Shown: positions 1 to 10,743 of the stretch, in pieces
Numbering within the stretch: position 1 is the stretch's first letter
Layout of the letters: each line of letters opens with the position of its first letter
Assembly (NCBI GenBank): GCA_965228895.1
Contig: OZ245842.1
Coordinates: forward strand, 3,456,001-3,520,000
Length of the DNA: 64,000 nt
Source of the DNA: Alphaproteobacteria bacterium
GTDB lineage: Bacteria > Pseudomonadota > Alphaproteobacteria > SP197
Direction of reading: 5' to 3'
Position numbers and translations under genes: made by a program
The notes under the pieces: model-generated
Told to the model about the DNA's origin: nothing
Seen by the model: the letters and a program-made list of their open reading frames with translations, nothing else
Database searches by the model: none

Positions 1-388
1 CCGTGGTCGCGCGGTGACAGCCGCCAGAGACCGGCGTATCCATCGCGACAGCACCCTTCGCCGCGACAAGGGCGCCCAAGCGTTTCACCTCCGCATCATC
101 GGTCGTCGACATCTCCATCCATATTTTGCCGTCAGACAGGCCATCGAGGATGCCGTCTTGTTGTTCCATAACTTCTGCAGAGACGTCTGGGGATGGCAGG
201 CAAGTGATAACGACGACGCTTGCTTCGGCCAGCGCCCGTCCGGTGTCGGCCCAGGTGGCCCCTGCCGCGAGCAAAGGGGCGGCAGCAGCCGCATCGATGT
301 CGCGCACGGTTACCGCAAACCCCGCACGCAACAGGCTGCCGGCCAGTTTCGCGCCGACATTGCCGAGACCGACAAATCCAATTCTCAT
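1..388 (-). CDS. NAD(P)-dependent oxidoreductase, 3-hydroxyisobutyrate dehydrogenase family (runs off the window edge)
   Basis: Not in the ORF track; manual translation gives MRIGFVGLGNVGAKLAGSLL..VITCLPSP..WMEMSTTD..DTPVSGG (Rossmann GxGxxG and family motifs); GGAG RBS upstream. Confidence 0.85.
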   Translation of the reverse strand, partial: MRIGFVGLGNVGAKLAGSLLRAGFAVTVRDIDAAAAAPLLAAGATWADTGRALAEASVVVITCLPSPDVSAEVMEQQDGILDGLSDGKIWMEMSTTDDAEVKRLGALVAAKGAVAMDTPVSGGCHRATT

Positions 389-421
389 GTTGCTGTTACT
401 CCTCGCAAAAAACCAATCGGC

Positions 422-1972
422 TCACGTCCGCGCGTAGTTCTTTGTCGCGTCGGACCGCACATATTGTTTGGAGGCATCGAAAAACGGCTGATAGTCCCAG
501 TGGGTGCCGTTTCGATGCATGGCAGGCAGAATGATCTTCTTGCATTGCAGCCGACGCTGAATCTCCGGCTGAATGCCGTCGGTGTCGAACGTCGTCACAA
601 TGATGTCGTGGAGTTCTTTCTCAATGTCCTCGTGTTCCGGCTGGCCGGCGAGATTCCGCCATTCTCCCGGATCGGCGACCACGTCGAACAACTGCGGGTT
701 TGCGTCCTGAATATAGGTGTATTTGAAACGGCCCCGACGGATCATGAAACAGGCGCGAAACGGCCCTTCGCCATGGTATTCGGAAATCGCCATACGGTTT
801 GCGCCGTCGTCTGTTCCATCAACCAGCGCCAGCAGGCTCTCGCCTTCCATGGGAAGCCGCATGTCTTCGCCGATCCCTGCACAATCAAGCATGGTAGGCG
901 CAAGATCGATCAGGGATACCGGTGTGTCGAGGCGCTTGCCGGCCGGTATGCCTGGTCCCGACAGAATGAGCGGGATGCGCGACGACCATTCATAGAAACT
1001 GCGTTTCTGGATCATGCCTTTTTCGCCAAGCATGTCACCGTGGTCACCGGAAAATATGATCACCGTGTCGTCGGATAGACCCTGTTCGTCCAAGACATCA
1101 AGCAGCTTGCCGACTTTGCAATCGACATAACTCAACAACGCGTAATAGCCGTGGCGCATCCGGGCGATACTCTCGGCACTAACCACGTCGCGGATGGTGT
1201 CCAGGCCATGCCATTTGTTCAGCGCGCGATCCATGGCGGAATAGGTCTCCGCCATGTTGTCGGGAAACGCCGGCACGTCGATCGGCGCGCCTTCATACAG
1301 ATCCCAGAACTCCTTGGGCGCGATGAAGGGTGGATGCGGGCTGGTGAATGACGTCACCAGGCAGAACGGCTCGTCGTGTTCGGCCCGCAGAAACTCCAAG
1401 CTGCGGAACGCGTTTTCTTCGTCGAACTGAAGCTCGAGCACCCAACCTGGCCCAACCCCGTCGCCTTGGTACTGACTGGGAAAATCGAACGCCATGCCTT
1501 CGGCATTCGCCCGCGGTTCCTCGTACGTCCAGTCATAGGTTGACGGATAGACATCCGTCGTCAGACGTCTTCTGAAGCCGTGTAACTGATCTGCCCCAAT
1601 GAAATGCATCTTGCCGCTGAGAACCGTCTCGTAGCCAGCGTTTGTGAGGTAGTGGGCGAAGGTCGGCACAAGGGAAGGAAACGAGTCACCGTTGTCGTAA
1701 CACCCGATCAGCGACGCACTTCTTCCGGTCATAAAGGAGGATCGGGCGGGCACGCAGCATGGGCAAGGCGTGTACGCGGCATCAAAGCGTACGCCGCGCT
1801 CCACGAGCCGATTGAGATGAGGTGTCTGGACCACGTTGTGCCCATAAGCGCCGAGCAGAAATGGTGTGATCTGATCGGCCAGAATCACCAGAAAATTCGG
1901 TGTGGTTGGCGTTCCCTTCATCATGGCATTCGCGCTCCGACCAGCATGGCTTTCTATCGTTTCGTTCGGCAT
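422..1972 (-). CDS. Choline-sulfatase-like Cys-type sulfatase (true start may be about 1924)
   Basis: CVPAR formylglycine motif, GKMH, GDHG, and BetC-like C-terminal WDYQPFFDASKQYVR. Confidence 0.85.
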   Translation of the reverse strand: MPNETIESHAGRSANAMMKGTPTTPNFLVILADQITPFLLGAYGHNVVQTPHLNRLVERGVRFDAAYTPCPCCVPARSSFMTGRSASLIGCYDNGDSFPSLVPTFAHYLTNAGYETVLSGKMHFIGADQLHGFRRRLTTDVYPSTYDWTYEEPRANAEGMAFDFPSQYQGDGVGPGWVLELQFDEENAFRSLEFLRAEHDEPFCLVTSFTSPHPPFIAPKEFWDLYEGAPIDVPAFPDNMAETYSAMDRALNKWHGLDTIRDVVSAESIARMRHGYYALLSYVDCKVGKLLDVLDEQGLSDDTVIIFSGDHGDMLGEKGMIQKRSFYEWSSRIPLILSGPGIPAGKRLDTPVSLIDLAPTMLDCAGIGEDMRLPMEGESLLALVDGTDDGANRMAISEYHGEGPFRACFMIRRGRFKYTYIQDANPQLFDVVADPGEWRNLAGQPEHEDIEKELHDIIVTTFDTDGIQPEIQRRLQCKKIILPAMHRNGTHWDYQPFFDASKQYVRSDATKNYART

Positions 1973-2124
1973 CTAAAGCTTTGCCCTAAAGACCAAATTC
2001 CGGATGCCGAACACGACTCGACCATCCGGAAGACGGAGTGTGTGGCCATGCTTGGCAAAAACAAAATGAATGATTATAGGTCTAAGGCATCGATTTGTTT
2101 GTCCATAATTCGGGACCTAATCCC

Positions 2125-3054
2125 ATGCGTTATCACGTACCGGCCCTACCCGCCCTGCACGCCTTTGAAGCGGCAGCGCGACATGAAAGTTTTGCCGCAG
2201 CAGCGAACGAATTGAACGTGACTCAGGCGGCGGTCAGCCATCGCGTCCGGCTGCTCGAAAACGAACTGGGATGCAAACTCTTCGAACGCAGGCCGCGCAA
2301 ATTGGTCCTCACCGAGATGGGCAAGGCGTACTTGCCACCTGTACGCAAAGCTTTCGACGGCCTCTCGATTTCCACCGCGGGGCTGTTCGGTCCAACAAGG
2401 ACGCGGGCGCGATCGCTCAAGATACGCGCACCCATATCCTTTGCGACGCTCTGGTTGGCGCCACGCCTCGATGGTTTCAGCAAACTCTATCCGGACATTG
2501 ATCTGCGGCTCAATTCATCGATCTGGGCAGAAAAAATGCCGGGCGACGACATGGATATCGAGATCCGGTTTGGCCACGGTCTGTGGGACGGCTATAACGC
2601 CGAGCGCATTAGCAGTGAAATTGGCGTGCCGGTTTGCAGCCCCGAGACCAGGAAAGCAGTCGGTCACATCCGCAAGGTAAGCGACCTGACAAGCGTCGAA
2701 CCGATCTACACGTTGAGTCTCGAGGATTTGTGGCAACGCATGTTCCGCTTGGCCGCGTTGTCGGACGACGCCATGCCCGCCGGGGTCGTTGTTGATTCCA
2801 CCATGGCCGCTCTTGAGCTTGCAGCAGCCAGCCGGCGTTTTGCCATCGCTCCGACAAATCTCCTTGCGCCCTACTTGGAGTCCAGGCGCCTCGTCGTCGC
2901 CCTCGATACCGCCGTCCCGATCGAGCCGGCCAACCACCTCTTGACGCCCACCACCTCGCAGGCACCCAAACCTGAAGTTCTCCTCTTTCGCGAATGGCTC
3001 TTGAAACAGGCCGCACAACAGGCATCGGAGTGGGAGCGATACACGTTCTCCTGA
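2125..3054 (+). CDS. LysR-family regulator (GcvA-like)
   Basis: AFEAAARHESFAAAANELNVTQAAVSHRVRLLE helix-turn-helix; divergent from the sulfatase. Confidence 0.92.
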   Translation: MRYHVPALPALHAFEAAARHESFAAAANELNVTQAAVSHRVRLLENELGCKLFERRPRKLVLTEMGKAYLPPVRKAFDGLSISTAGLFGPTRTRARSLKIRAPISFATLWLAPRLDGFSKLYPDIDLRLNSSIWAEKMPGDDMDIEIRFGHGLWDGYNAERISSEIGVPVCSPETRKAVGHIRKVSDLTSVEPIYTLSLEDLWQRMFRLAALSDDAMPAGVVVDSTMAALELAAASRRFAIAPTNLLAPYLESRRLVVALDTAVPIEPANHLLTPTTSQAPKPEVLLFREWLLKQAAQQASEWERYTFS

Positions 3055-3066
3055 TCCGCGACGGTG

Positions 3067-4269
3067 TTACATGGCGATAGCGCGTAGTGCTCGCGGATAG
3101 TCAGCCAGCGTTTCGCAGCCTGTCTCGGTGACGAGAACACTCTCGCTCAGGCTGACGCCGTAGCGGCCGGGAACGCGCATGGCGATCGGCAGGTGGAAGG
3201 TCATGCCAGGCTGGAATACCTCCTCCACGCCCTCGGCGATGAAGCCGATGGTTTCGGCCCAGGTCGGCGGATAGCCGATGCCGATGGTGTAGCCATAGGC
3301 ACCCAGGAAAAAGCCGAGATCGTCGATTTCCTTGTGCGCCGCTTTGGCCGCCATGGCGACGTCATGGAACTGGCGTCCTGGCTTGATCTCATCCAGCAGC
3401 GTCTGGACACAGGTCTGCACCGCCGCCTCGACACCGCGCATCTCGACATCCGGCTCACCCAACACCGCGCAACGCATCAAGGGCGAGGTATAGCGTTTGA
3501 AACACCCGCCATACTCCATGAAGACCGCGTCGCCCGCGGCAATGGGGTAGCGCCGGTGGGTCTGGTGCCCGCCGCCGGTGCGCTGGCCCGTGGTGACGAT
3601 CGGCTGGATCGAGACGAAGTCGCTGCCCGCCGCCAGCATCGCGTCGAACCCGGCACGGCACACGTCGTTGTCCGTCGCGCCCGGCCGGATAACGGCCATG
3701 GAGGCATCGACCCCCGCCATGGTGATCTGGGCGGCACGTCGATGACAGGCGATTTCCTCGTCCGACTTGATCATACGCAACCGCGCGACCAGGTCGGTCG
3801 TGTCAACCAGATCCGCCTTGCCAAGACGCTCGACCAGCGCGCCGTGAACGTCAAGCCGCAATCCCTGCCGCGCCGGCTGCAACCCGATCCTGCCACGATC
3901 GAGGCCACGGGCTTTCAAAAGCGCCGCCAGATGACCACCCGAACCCCCGGACTCGTACCAGCCGAAAAAGACGCGGTCGTCGATCCATGTCGTGTTAACG
4001 GCCGATGGCGACTCCACGTTCATCGCATGCAGGATCGGATCGCCGTCGCGCGGCACGATCAGACAGGCATAGATGTCGCTGGCGAACGTGTCGTAACCGG
4101 CGACGTAGTTGAGATCGCAGGTGTGAGTCAGGAGAAGCAGATCAAGATCGGCCTCCGCCATACGCGCGCGCACGGCCTGCAGCCGCGTCTGGTAGCTCGC
4201 AACCGGAAAGGCTAGTTCACTGCCGGCGCTAGCCTCGGCCAGCCTGCCAGCATAGACCGATGTCTCCAT
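3067..4269 (-). CDS. M24 Xaa-Pro peptidase/creatinase family protein (DoeA/EutD-like hydrolase)
   Basis: Creatinase N-domain, RMIKSDEEI, GYTIGIGYPPTWAE, PGMTFH, SESVLVTETGCE. Confidence 0.8.
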   Translation of the reverse strand: METSVYAGRLAEASAGSELAFPVASYQTRLQAVRARMAEADLDLLLLTHTCDLNYVAGYDTFASDIYACLIVPRDGDPILHAMNVESPSAVNTTWIDDRVFFGWYESGGSGGHLAALLKARGLDRGRIGLQPARQGLRLDVHGALVERLGKADLVDTTDLVARLRMIKSDEEIACHRRAAQITMAGVDASMAVIRPGATDNDVCRAGFDAMLAAGSDFVSIQPIVTTGQRTGGGHQTHRRYPIAAGDAVFMEYGGCFKRYTSPLMRCAVLGEPDVEMRGVEAAVQTCVQTLLDEIKPGRQFHDVAMAAKAAHKEIDDLGFFLGAYGYTIGIGYPPTWAETIGFIAEGVEEVFQPGMTFHLPIAMRVPGRYGVSLSESVLVTETGCETLADYPRALRAIAM

Positions 4270-4292
4270 GGTATATGTCCTTGGCGCGCCGC

Positions 4293-6590
4293 TCAGCGCG
4301 CGGCGTTGTCGTGGAACAGATAGACCGGGCTGGTCCAGGCTTGGAATCCATCTTCGGTGGTGACACGAATCCACAAGGGGTTGTCGCCATCGTTGTGCAG
4401 CGGCACGGTGACGGACTCCGTTATCGGCTCAGGATCAAGCACCGGCGCCAGACGAAACAGGTGGACCGCGAGGTCCAGACCGCCCGCGTCGATGATGTGA
4501 TCGTCACGGCCGACCGTTGCCAAGTCGACGTCGGCCGTCACGAAATTTGTCTCGAGCGCCACGCGTGCGCCCTCACCTTCATCGAGCCAGACGTCGAAAG
4601 CGCCGAAGTTGCCGGCGGTTACCGAGTCCCAGGAAAGCGTCTTGTCGTCGTCCTGGCGCAGCGGACGGTCAGGGTTCCAGGCGTTGATCTCCCGCGTCGC
4701 CGTGATCGCACAATTCTCGAAACGTGCGCGCCCGGTCCACCGCGCCTTGGCGCCCCGCCCCTTCACCTGCGCGCCGCGCCACAACACGCGAAGCCGGTTG
4801 CTGGACGCGGCTTCGGCCGGATTACGGATGGTCGCGATCGTCTCCATGCCGTTCAAGACGTCGATACGTACAATCGGCGCGCGCGCCTGAACCGTGAACC
4901 GCAGCGTCACCGCATCGTCCGTGGTCGCGGCGATGTCACCCATCATGAGGGTCGAGACGGGATCGCTATCGCAGACCTCGACCTTGGGGTCGGACGCGAA
5001 GAAGGCGAACGGCTGGCTGCCCTCCACCGCCAGATCGATGTGCAAACGGTCGCCGGTCGTCGCGTAGTGACGGCGTCGCTTCAAACAATCGAACCAGGCA
5101 TCGCGCGTCAGCTCCGGCATCAGGAAACAGGTCAGGCCGCCATAGGCGCCGAACTCCGAAGCGCCGGGATAGCTGGCACCGGGTCGCCCCTTGTGCCCGT
5201 CGCTGTTGGCGACGACGCCGACCCGATGGCCAAGCTTGAAGCAGTCTTCCATCAGCCACTCGAACGTGCCCCATGCCGAGTGGATCTCCATCGCGGTTTC
5301 CAGCCGGCTGTCGTGGGCATAGGCGACATCGGCCGGCCGGCCGCCGATATGGGCGTAGACCAGACAGTCCTCGTCCTGAAGCGCCGCGAACAGATCACGC
5401 GCCGTCGTCGCGTCGCTCGCGATGTCGCGGCGGTCGCTGATCAGGGCGTGGGACGAACGCCGGATCGCGCGGCCCTCGTTGCGGAAATAAACATTACGGT
5501 CACCGCCGACGCCCGTGTTGCCCGACCACTCGTAGCCGGGCAGCGTCAGAAACCGCCCGTCGCGATGAAACTCCGCGGTCAGCTCGTTGATATGATCCCA
5601 GAACGCGCCGTTGATCTGGAAATCGTTCGCCTGATGGCTTGTCGCATCAAGAAAGGCGAGATCGCGGGCGAAGGTGAAGTATTCGCGCGCCGTGTTGATG
5701 CCGACGGATTCGCCGCTCTGCCCGTGCATGTCGCCCCAATAACCGGCGACATTGCCGTCCCGGATAACCAGCGGGTTGGTGACAGCCAGCAGCTCGCCGT
5801 CGGGCGTGCGCATCTCGATGGCCAACGTGCCTTCCTCGGCGCACGACAAACCGTCGATCACCAACGCGCGCCGGCCCTTCTCGAACCGCACCGTCTGCGG
5901 CAGACCGTCAATCGGATGAACGCTGGCGAGAACCAGTGCCGCATCCACCTGATCGGATGGATTGCCGAAACTGTCTTCGGCCTTCAGGCTCAAACGAAAT
6001 GTCTCGCCCGGCCGGCGCATGGTCGGCAGGACCGCTTTCCATACCGCCGGCGGGCCCGGCACGATGGCGATGGTCGGACTTTGCGTGACCGGGATGAAAT
6101 GGCCGGTGGCGCAGACATCGGCCAGCACCTTAAAGGCAAACTCGGACTCGCAGAACGACTGCAATCGGAAGCCCGGCGAGCCGCCGGACCGGTCGCCGAT
6201 GACGACCTCGACACGATCGCCTTCGCGCAGATAACCCTTCGAGACGGTCACGGTCAGCGCCTGGTACCACGGCCGTTGATGGCCATTCGCGTTGAACGAG
6301 AGGTTGAGCGGCACACCGTTGGAGCTGGTCGCGGTTACGTAGTTCAGGCCAGCGGGGTCGGTCATCTGCAGCGCACCACCATCGGCCGTGAAGCGGAAAA
6401 CGATACGGATTGATCCCGTGTCGTCCAGGCCGTAGCGCCCGGTGACATAGGTCAGCCGAAACGTCTGGAAGCTGCGCGCCTCGAACGCACCCTTCGGCTC
6501 CAGATCGGCGTAACCGAACAGGACCGGGTCCTCCGCCGGCCTGGCATCGGAAAAAACCTCACCCAGAAGTTCCGGTGATGGTTGCGACAT
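4293..6590 (-). CDS. DUF3604-like PHP-fold metallo-hydrolase
   Basis: YWGDMHGQS, GYEWS, EIHSAWG, NSDGHKGRPG, YATTG and AWTSP motifs. Confidence 0.75.
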   Translation of the reverse strand: MSQPSPELLGEVFSDARPAEDPVLFGYADLEPKGAFEARSFQTFRLTYVTGRYGLDDTGSIRIVFRFTADGGALQMTDPAGLNYVTATSSNGVPLNLSFNANGHQRPWYQALTVTVSKGYLREGDRVEVVIGDRSGGSPGFRLQSFCESEFAFKVLADVCATGHFIPVTQSPTIAIVPGPPAVWKAVLPTMRRPGETFRLSLKAEDSFGNPSDQVDAALVLASVHPIDGLPQTVRFEKGRRALVIDGLSCAEEGTLAIEMRTPDGELLAVTNPLVIRDGNVAGYWGDMHGQSGESVGINTAREYFTFARDLAFLDATSHQANDFQINGAFWDHINELTAEFHRDGRFLTLPGYEWSGNTGVGGDRNVYFRNEGRAIRRSSHALISDRRDIASDATTARDLFAALQDEDCLVYAHIGGRPADVAYAHDSRLETAMEIHSAWGTFEWLMEDCFKLGHRVGVVANSDGHKGRPGASYPGASEFGAYGGLTCFLMPELTRDAWFDCLKRRRHYATTGDRLHIDLAVEGSQPFAFFASDPKVEVCDSDPVSTLMMGDIAATTDDAVTLRFTVQARAPIVRIDVLNGMETIATIRNPAEAASSNRLRVLWRGAQVKGRGAKARWTGRARFENCAITATREINAWNPDRPLRQDDDKTLSWDSVTAGNFGAFDVWLDEGEGARVALETNFVTADVDLATVGRDDHIIDAGGLDLAVHLFRLAPVLDPEPITESVTVPLHNDGDNPLWIRVTTEDGFQAWTSPVYLFHDNAAR

Positions 6591-6762
6591 AGCGTCCAGC
6601 CCATGCTACCGCGACATGATCGCCGCTATGGTTCAGACGTTACTCGAAGCACAGGACCGGACCAATCGCGAAACGCACCCCAGCGCATGGCCGTGGACTT
6701 GGCCCGCCGACCGTCTTGCTGCACTCTGCTCATTGATGCGTCAAATTGGATGCCGACCAACC

Positions 6763-7131
6763 ATGCTCCACCACATCTCCATGCCCGTCTCGGACCTTCG
6801 CGCCGCACGCGAACTCTATGACGCCATGCTCGGCGCGCTCGGCTATCGCTGTGTGGGTGAAGCCGACGGTTTCGTCGGCTATGGCATCAATGATGGTGAA
6901 GATAAGCTGGCTCTGAAACACTGCTCGACCGCCGCGGCCGCCGGTGAGGGGTTTCACGTGGCGCTCGGCGCCCCATCACGCGACGCCGTCGACCACTTCC
7001 ATCGTGCCGCCCTTGAAGCCGGCGCCACCGACAACGGCGCACCGGGCCTTCGAACCCGCTACGGCCCGACCTACTACGCGGCCTTTGTCATTGATCCCGA
7101 TGGTCACCGGCTTGAGGCCGTCCACAAGTAA
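6763..7131 (+). CDS. VOC/glyoxalase family protein
   Basis: MLHHISMPVSDL..HVAL..GATDNGAPGLR..YYAAFVIDPDGHRLEAV. Confidence 0.9.
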   Translation: MLHHISMPVSDLRAARELYDAMLGALGYRCVGEADGFVGYGINDGEDKLALKHCSTAAAAGEGFHVALGAPSRDAVDHFHRAALEAGATDNGAPGLRTRYGPTYYAAFVIDPDGHRLEAVHK

Positions 7132-7173
7132 GCCGCGCCGTCACGCAACGCCCATACGCCAACGGAGAACGCC

Positions 7174-7635
7174 ATGAGCGAAACGATTACCGGCGGCTGC
7201 CTGTGCGGCGCCGTGCGTTACAAATCAAGCGAGCCGCCCAACGAGGTCTACGCGTGCCACTGCCGCTACTGCCAGCGCTACACCGGCAGTGCATTCTGGG
7301 CCGGCGCAAAGTTCCCTGAAGGGTCGCTGTGCTTCACCGAGGGCACGCCGCATACCCACAAAGCAACGCCGCTCCTTGAACGCTACTTCTGCGCGGAATG
7401 CGGTAGCTCGATCGGCCTGCGCTACATCAAAGCGCCCTGGCCGGATTACGAACCTGGCATGGAAGTGGGGATTGGCAGCTTGGACGATCCGACGGCCTTC
7501 GAACCCGCCTATCACTTCTGCGTCGAGAGCAAACTCGCATGGCCGCATTTCGACGAGGCGATCCCGCTTTTGCGCGGTGACGAGGATGAAGGTCTTGCGG
7601 CCGCGTTCGACGACGTTTCTAAAGGTGACGACTAG
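7174..7635 (+). CDS. GFA (CENP-V) family Zn protein
   Basis: GGCLCGAVRY, CHCRYCQR, FCAECGS. Confidence 0.92.
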   Translation: MSETITGGCLCGAVRYKSSEPPNEVYACHCRYCQRYTGSAFWAGAKFPEGSLCFTEGTPHTHKATPLLERYFCAECGSSIGLRYIKAPWPDYEPGMEVGIGSLDDPTAFEPAYHFCVESKLAWPHFDEAIPLLRGDEDEGLAAAFDDVSKGDD

Positions 7636-7641
7636 CCCAGC

Positions 7642-7974
7642 CTAAACCTTCGTCCAGATCGCCAGTTGGTTGCCGGAGGGATCGTGGAAGTGGATGCGTC
7701 GGCCGCCGGGGAAGTCGTGGCGCTCGGCAATTTCGCCGCCGACATTCATGACGGCCCTTTCGGCGGCGGCCAGATCGTCGGCATAGAGAATCACCAATGC
7801 GCCGCCACGGGGCGGGCGTTCGCTCACCTTGCGGAAGCCGCCTTCAAGGCCGGCGTTGGAAAAGGCCATGTACGCATCGCCCCATTCCTCGAACGTCCAA
7901 CCGAAGGCCGCGCCGTAAAACGCCTTCGTCGCGGCAAAATCGATTGCCGGCAACTCCACGTAACTGATATTCAT
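7642..7974 (-). CDS. VOC/glyoxalase family protein (start uncertain)
   Basis: ISYVELPA..FYGAAFGWTF..FPGGRRIHFHDPSGNQLAIW. Confidence 0.88.
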   Translation of the reverse strand: MNISYVELPAIDFAATKAFYGAAFGWTFEEWGDAYMAFSNAGLEGGFRKVSERPPRGGALVILYADDLAAAERAVMNVGGEIAERHDFPGGRRIHFHDPSGNQLAIWTKV

Positions 7975-8069
7975 ACCCATCCCCGTGTTCATATTATGTT
8001 CTCTACCATCGCGAAACACGCAATGCAAGGAAATCGCTGAAAAATCAGGCCAAATTCAGACGGCGCGGC

Positions 8070-8567
8070 TTACCAGCCGACGGTGCCCGGGCCACCCTTG
8101 AAGGGGCCGACGATGGCGGGTGTGATCCAGCCGCCGTAGAAGTCGCCTTCCTGGGCGCTCACCTTGTCGTGGCCAACCCAGCAGGCATCGACACGCGACG
8201 CATAGAACGCCAGGTAGCCGGCGATCGCCTTGAATGGTGCGGTCGGGTCGGGATAGCTCCAGGCGGCGTGGTCAGCGCGGCGGTCGCCCAGGGCTAGCGT
8301 CCAATAGGTCGCGACACCCTTGAACTCGCAGAACGAATGCATCGACGCTTCGGCCAAGAGGTCCAGCCGAACATCCTGCGGCGGGATGTAGTAGACCGGC
8401 GGGTGGCTTGTCTCCAACACGCGGTAGCCGCCGCGGCCATCGGCGACCGTCTCGCCCGCGAAGATGACACGCAGCTCCGTGTCGACCTTTTCAAGGCGCG
8501 GCGGTCGCGGATAGTCCCAGACCGATTCCTGACCTGGACCGGGTGCGATGGATCTGGGGCGACGCAT
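8070..8567 (-). CDS. DUF427 (NTP_transf_9) family protein
   Basis: ESVWDYPRPPRLE, RVLETSHPPVYYIP, CEFKG, AWSYPDP, FYGGWIT. Confidence 0.88.
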   Translation of the reverse strand: MRRPRSIAPGPGQESVWDYPRPPRLEKVDTELRVIFAGETVADGRGGYRVLETSHPPVYYIPPQDVRLDLLAEASMHSFCEFKGVATYWTLALGDRRADHAAWSYPDPTAPFKAIAGYLAFYASRVDACWVGHDKVSAQEGDFYGGWITPAIVGPFKGGPGTVGW

Positions 8568-8631
8568 GGCGGAAGTCCTCCCTTTGCCGACGTCCAATGC
8601 CTGGCCTGCGCCGACTGGCCGGGCCGAGCGG

Positions 8632-9201
8632 TCAGCCGCCGCTCAAGTCAAGACGATCAAGCTGCGTCTCGATCGCGCGCGTCATGCGCTCCGAACTCGG
8701 CGAGGTCGGGCTTGAGAACCACTCGACCAGGCGGCCGTCGCCATCGATCAGGTATTTGTGGAAGTTCCACATGGGCTTTGCCATCGGACCCAGTTCACGC
8801 GCCGCCCAAGCGTAGAACGGGTGCGCGGTGTCGCCTTTGACGTGCTCTTTGGTCGTCATCGGAAAGTCGATACTGAAATTGACCTCGCAGAACTCTTTGA
8901 TCTCGGTTTCGGTCCCGGGCTCTTGCCCGCCGAAATCGTTCGACGGCACGCCGAGCACGACCAGGCCCTGATCGCGGTAGCGGTCCCACACGGCCTGCAG
9001 GTCGTCATACTGGCGGGTGAAGCCGCAGCGCGACGCGGTGTTGACCACCAGAACCACCTTGCCCTGATACTGGGAAAGCGGCAGCAGGTCGCCTTCGATC
9101 GCGGTGAAGGAAAAGTCATGCGCCGATTGACTGCCGTCACCGGCGGCAGACGACGCGCCGCCGATCAGCGCGGCAAGGACCATCAGGCTTCGGACTAGCA
9201 T
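8632..9201 (-). CDS. Glutathione peroxidase family protein with signal peptide
   Basis: VNTASRCGFTRQY, GVPSNDFGGQEP, WNFHKYL; hydrophobic N-terminus. Confidence 0.92.
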   Translation of the reverse strand: MLVRSLMVLAALIGGASSAAGDGSQSAHDFSFTAIEGDLLPLSQYQGKVVLVVNTASRCGFTRQYDDLQAVWDRYRDQGLVVLGVPSNDFGGQEPGTETEIKEFCEVNFSIDFPMTTKEHVKGDTAHPFYAWAARELGPMAKPMWNFHKYLIDGDGRLVEWFSSPTSPSSERMTRAIETQLDRLDLSGG

Positions 9202-9274
9202 GGCGTAGTCACCATTCGATCTGTGTCTTGGCTTGGTACGTATCACCACCCAAACCGGACCAGCGGTGATCGCC

Positions 9275-10045
9275 ATGCCCGAAATTCAGATCGATCGGCC
9301 TGCCCTGACCACCTTTGGCACCGATCTCAACGCGGCCGTTTTCGGCGCCGCCGGCGGTATCGGCCATGCGTTGACCAAAGCGATAGCGGGTGCTCCAACC
9401 GTCAACAGGGTCTATCGCCTGGCGCGCCGCGCGCCGGCGATAGCGGCAGACAACGGCACATGGCTGCCACTGGCTCTGGAGGACGAAGCTTCGATCATCG
9501 ACGCCGCTGCGGCGCTGAAAGCTGAGGCCAGCCCGCTCAACCTGATCATCGTCGCCACCGGCATCCTGCATGACGGCGACAAGCTAAATCCCGAAAAATC
9601 ATGGCGCGCCCTCGACGGTGAGGCCATGGCGCGGGCCTTCCAGATCAACACCATCGGACCCGCGCTGATCGCCAAACACACGCTGTCCTTGCTGGCGAAC
9701 GATCGGAAGGTGGCTTTCGCCGTCTTGTCGGCGCGCGTCGGCAGCATAGCCGACAACCGTCTCGGCGGCTGGCACAGCTACCGCGCGTCGAAGGCGGCGC
9801 TGAACATGATTATCAAGACCTTGTCGATCGAACTCGCGCATCGCAATCCGAACGCCCTTTGCGTCGGCCTGCATCCGGGCACTGTCGATACGCGCCTATC
9901 CCAGCCTTTCCAGGGCGGCGTTCCGGCGGGCGCCCTCGTCTCGCCCGCCATCGCGGCGCATCACCTTCTCACCGTTCTGGACGGCCTTGGTCCCAGGGAT
10001 TCCGGCAGGGTCTTCGCCTGGGACGGCGCCACGATCGCGCCCTAG
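9275..10045 (+). CDS. SDR oxidoreductase, C-factor (CsgA)-like
   Basis: [41 protein letters not shown]. Confidence 0.9.
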   Translation: MPEIQIDRPALTTFGTDLNAAVFGAAGGIGHALTKAIAGAPTVNRVYRLARRAPAIAADNGTWLPLALEDEASIIDAAAALKAEASPLNLIIVATGILHDGDKLNPEKSWRALDGEAMARAFQINTIGPALIAKHTLSLLANDRKVAFAVLSARVGSIADNRLGGWHSYRASKAALNMIIKTLSIELAHRNPNALCVGLHPGTVDTRLSQPFQGGVPAGALVSPAIAAHHLLTVLDGLGPRDSGRVFAWDGATIAP

Positions 10046-10743
10046 CTGCCGTCCGAGCGGCCGAGCCAGCGGTAGACAATGCCGCCCAACGCCCCACCGA
10101 CCAGCGGCGCGACCCAGAACAGCCAGAGCTGCGCCAGCGCCCAATCGCCGACAAACAGAGCCTGTCCGGTTGAACGTGCCGGGTTGACCGACGTGTTGGT
10201 CACGGGGATCGAGATCAGATGGATCAGCGTCAGCGCCAGTCCGATCGCCAACGGTGCAAACCCGGCGGGCGCACGTTTGTCCGTGACGCCCATGATGATG
10301 AGCACGAAGAAGAAGGTCAGCACGATCTCGGCCGCCAGGGCCGCCGTGATCGTGTAGCCGCCTGGCGAGTTTTCACCGAAGCCGTTGGCGGCGAAACCGG
10401 TTTCCAGACCGAACTCAGCGTTGCCGCTGGCGATGATGTAGAGCACCGCCGCCGCCGCGATCGCACCGATCACCTGGGCGATCCAGTAAGGAATGATCTG
10501 GCCGGCGCCGAAGCGGCCACCGGCCCACAACCCCAGCGTCACCGCCGGATTGAAGTGGCCACCGGAAATATGACCGACCGCATAGGCCATGGTCAGAACG
10601 GTCAGGCCAAAGGCAAGCGAAACGCCCAACAGGCCGATGCCGACCTCCGGGAAGGCCGCGGCCAGCACCGCCGAACCGCATCCCCCAAAGACAAGCCAGA
10701 ATGTTCCCAGAAACTCGGCACCAAGCCGCTGCGCCATCGCCAT
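10042..10743 (-). CDS. aqpZ: Aquaporin Z
   Basis: [21 protein letters not shown] and two NPA motifs ([14 protein letters not shown]). Confidence 0.95.
   Translation of the reverse strand: MAMAQRLGAEFLGTFWLVFGGCGSAVLAAAFPEVGIGLLGVSLAFGLTVLTMAYAVGHISGGHFNPAVTLGLWAGGRFGAGQIIPYWIAQVIGAIAAAAVLYIIASGNAEFGLETGFAANGFGENSPGGYTITAALAAEIVLTFFFVLIIMGVTDKRAPAGFAPLAIGLALTLIHLISIPVTNTSVNPARSTGQALFVGDWALAQLWLFWVAPLVGGALGGIVYRWLGRSDGS

Noticed and set aside
4260-6413. 717-aa plus-strand ORF and similar long antisense ORFs (e.g. 14-1078, 19796-21424, 62180-63802)
   Set aside because: Shadow ORFs opposite well-supported genes in high-GC DNA; no recognisable motifs
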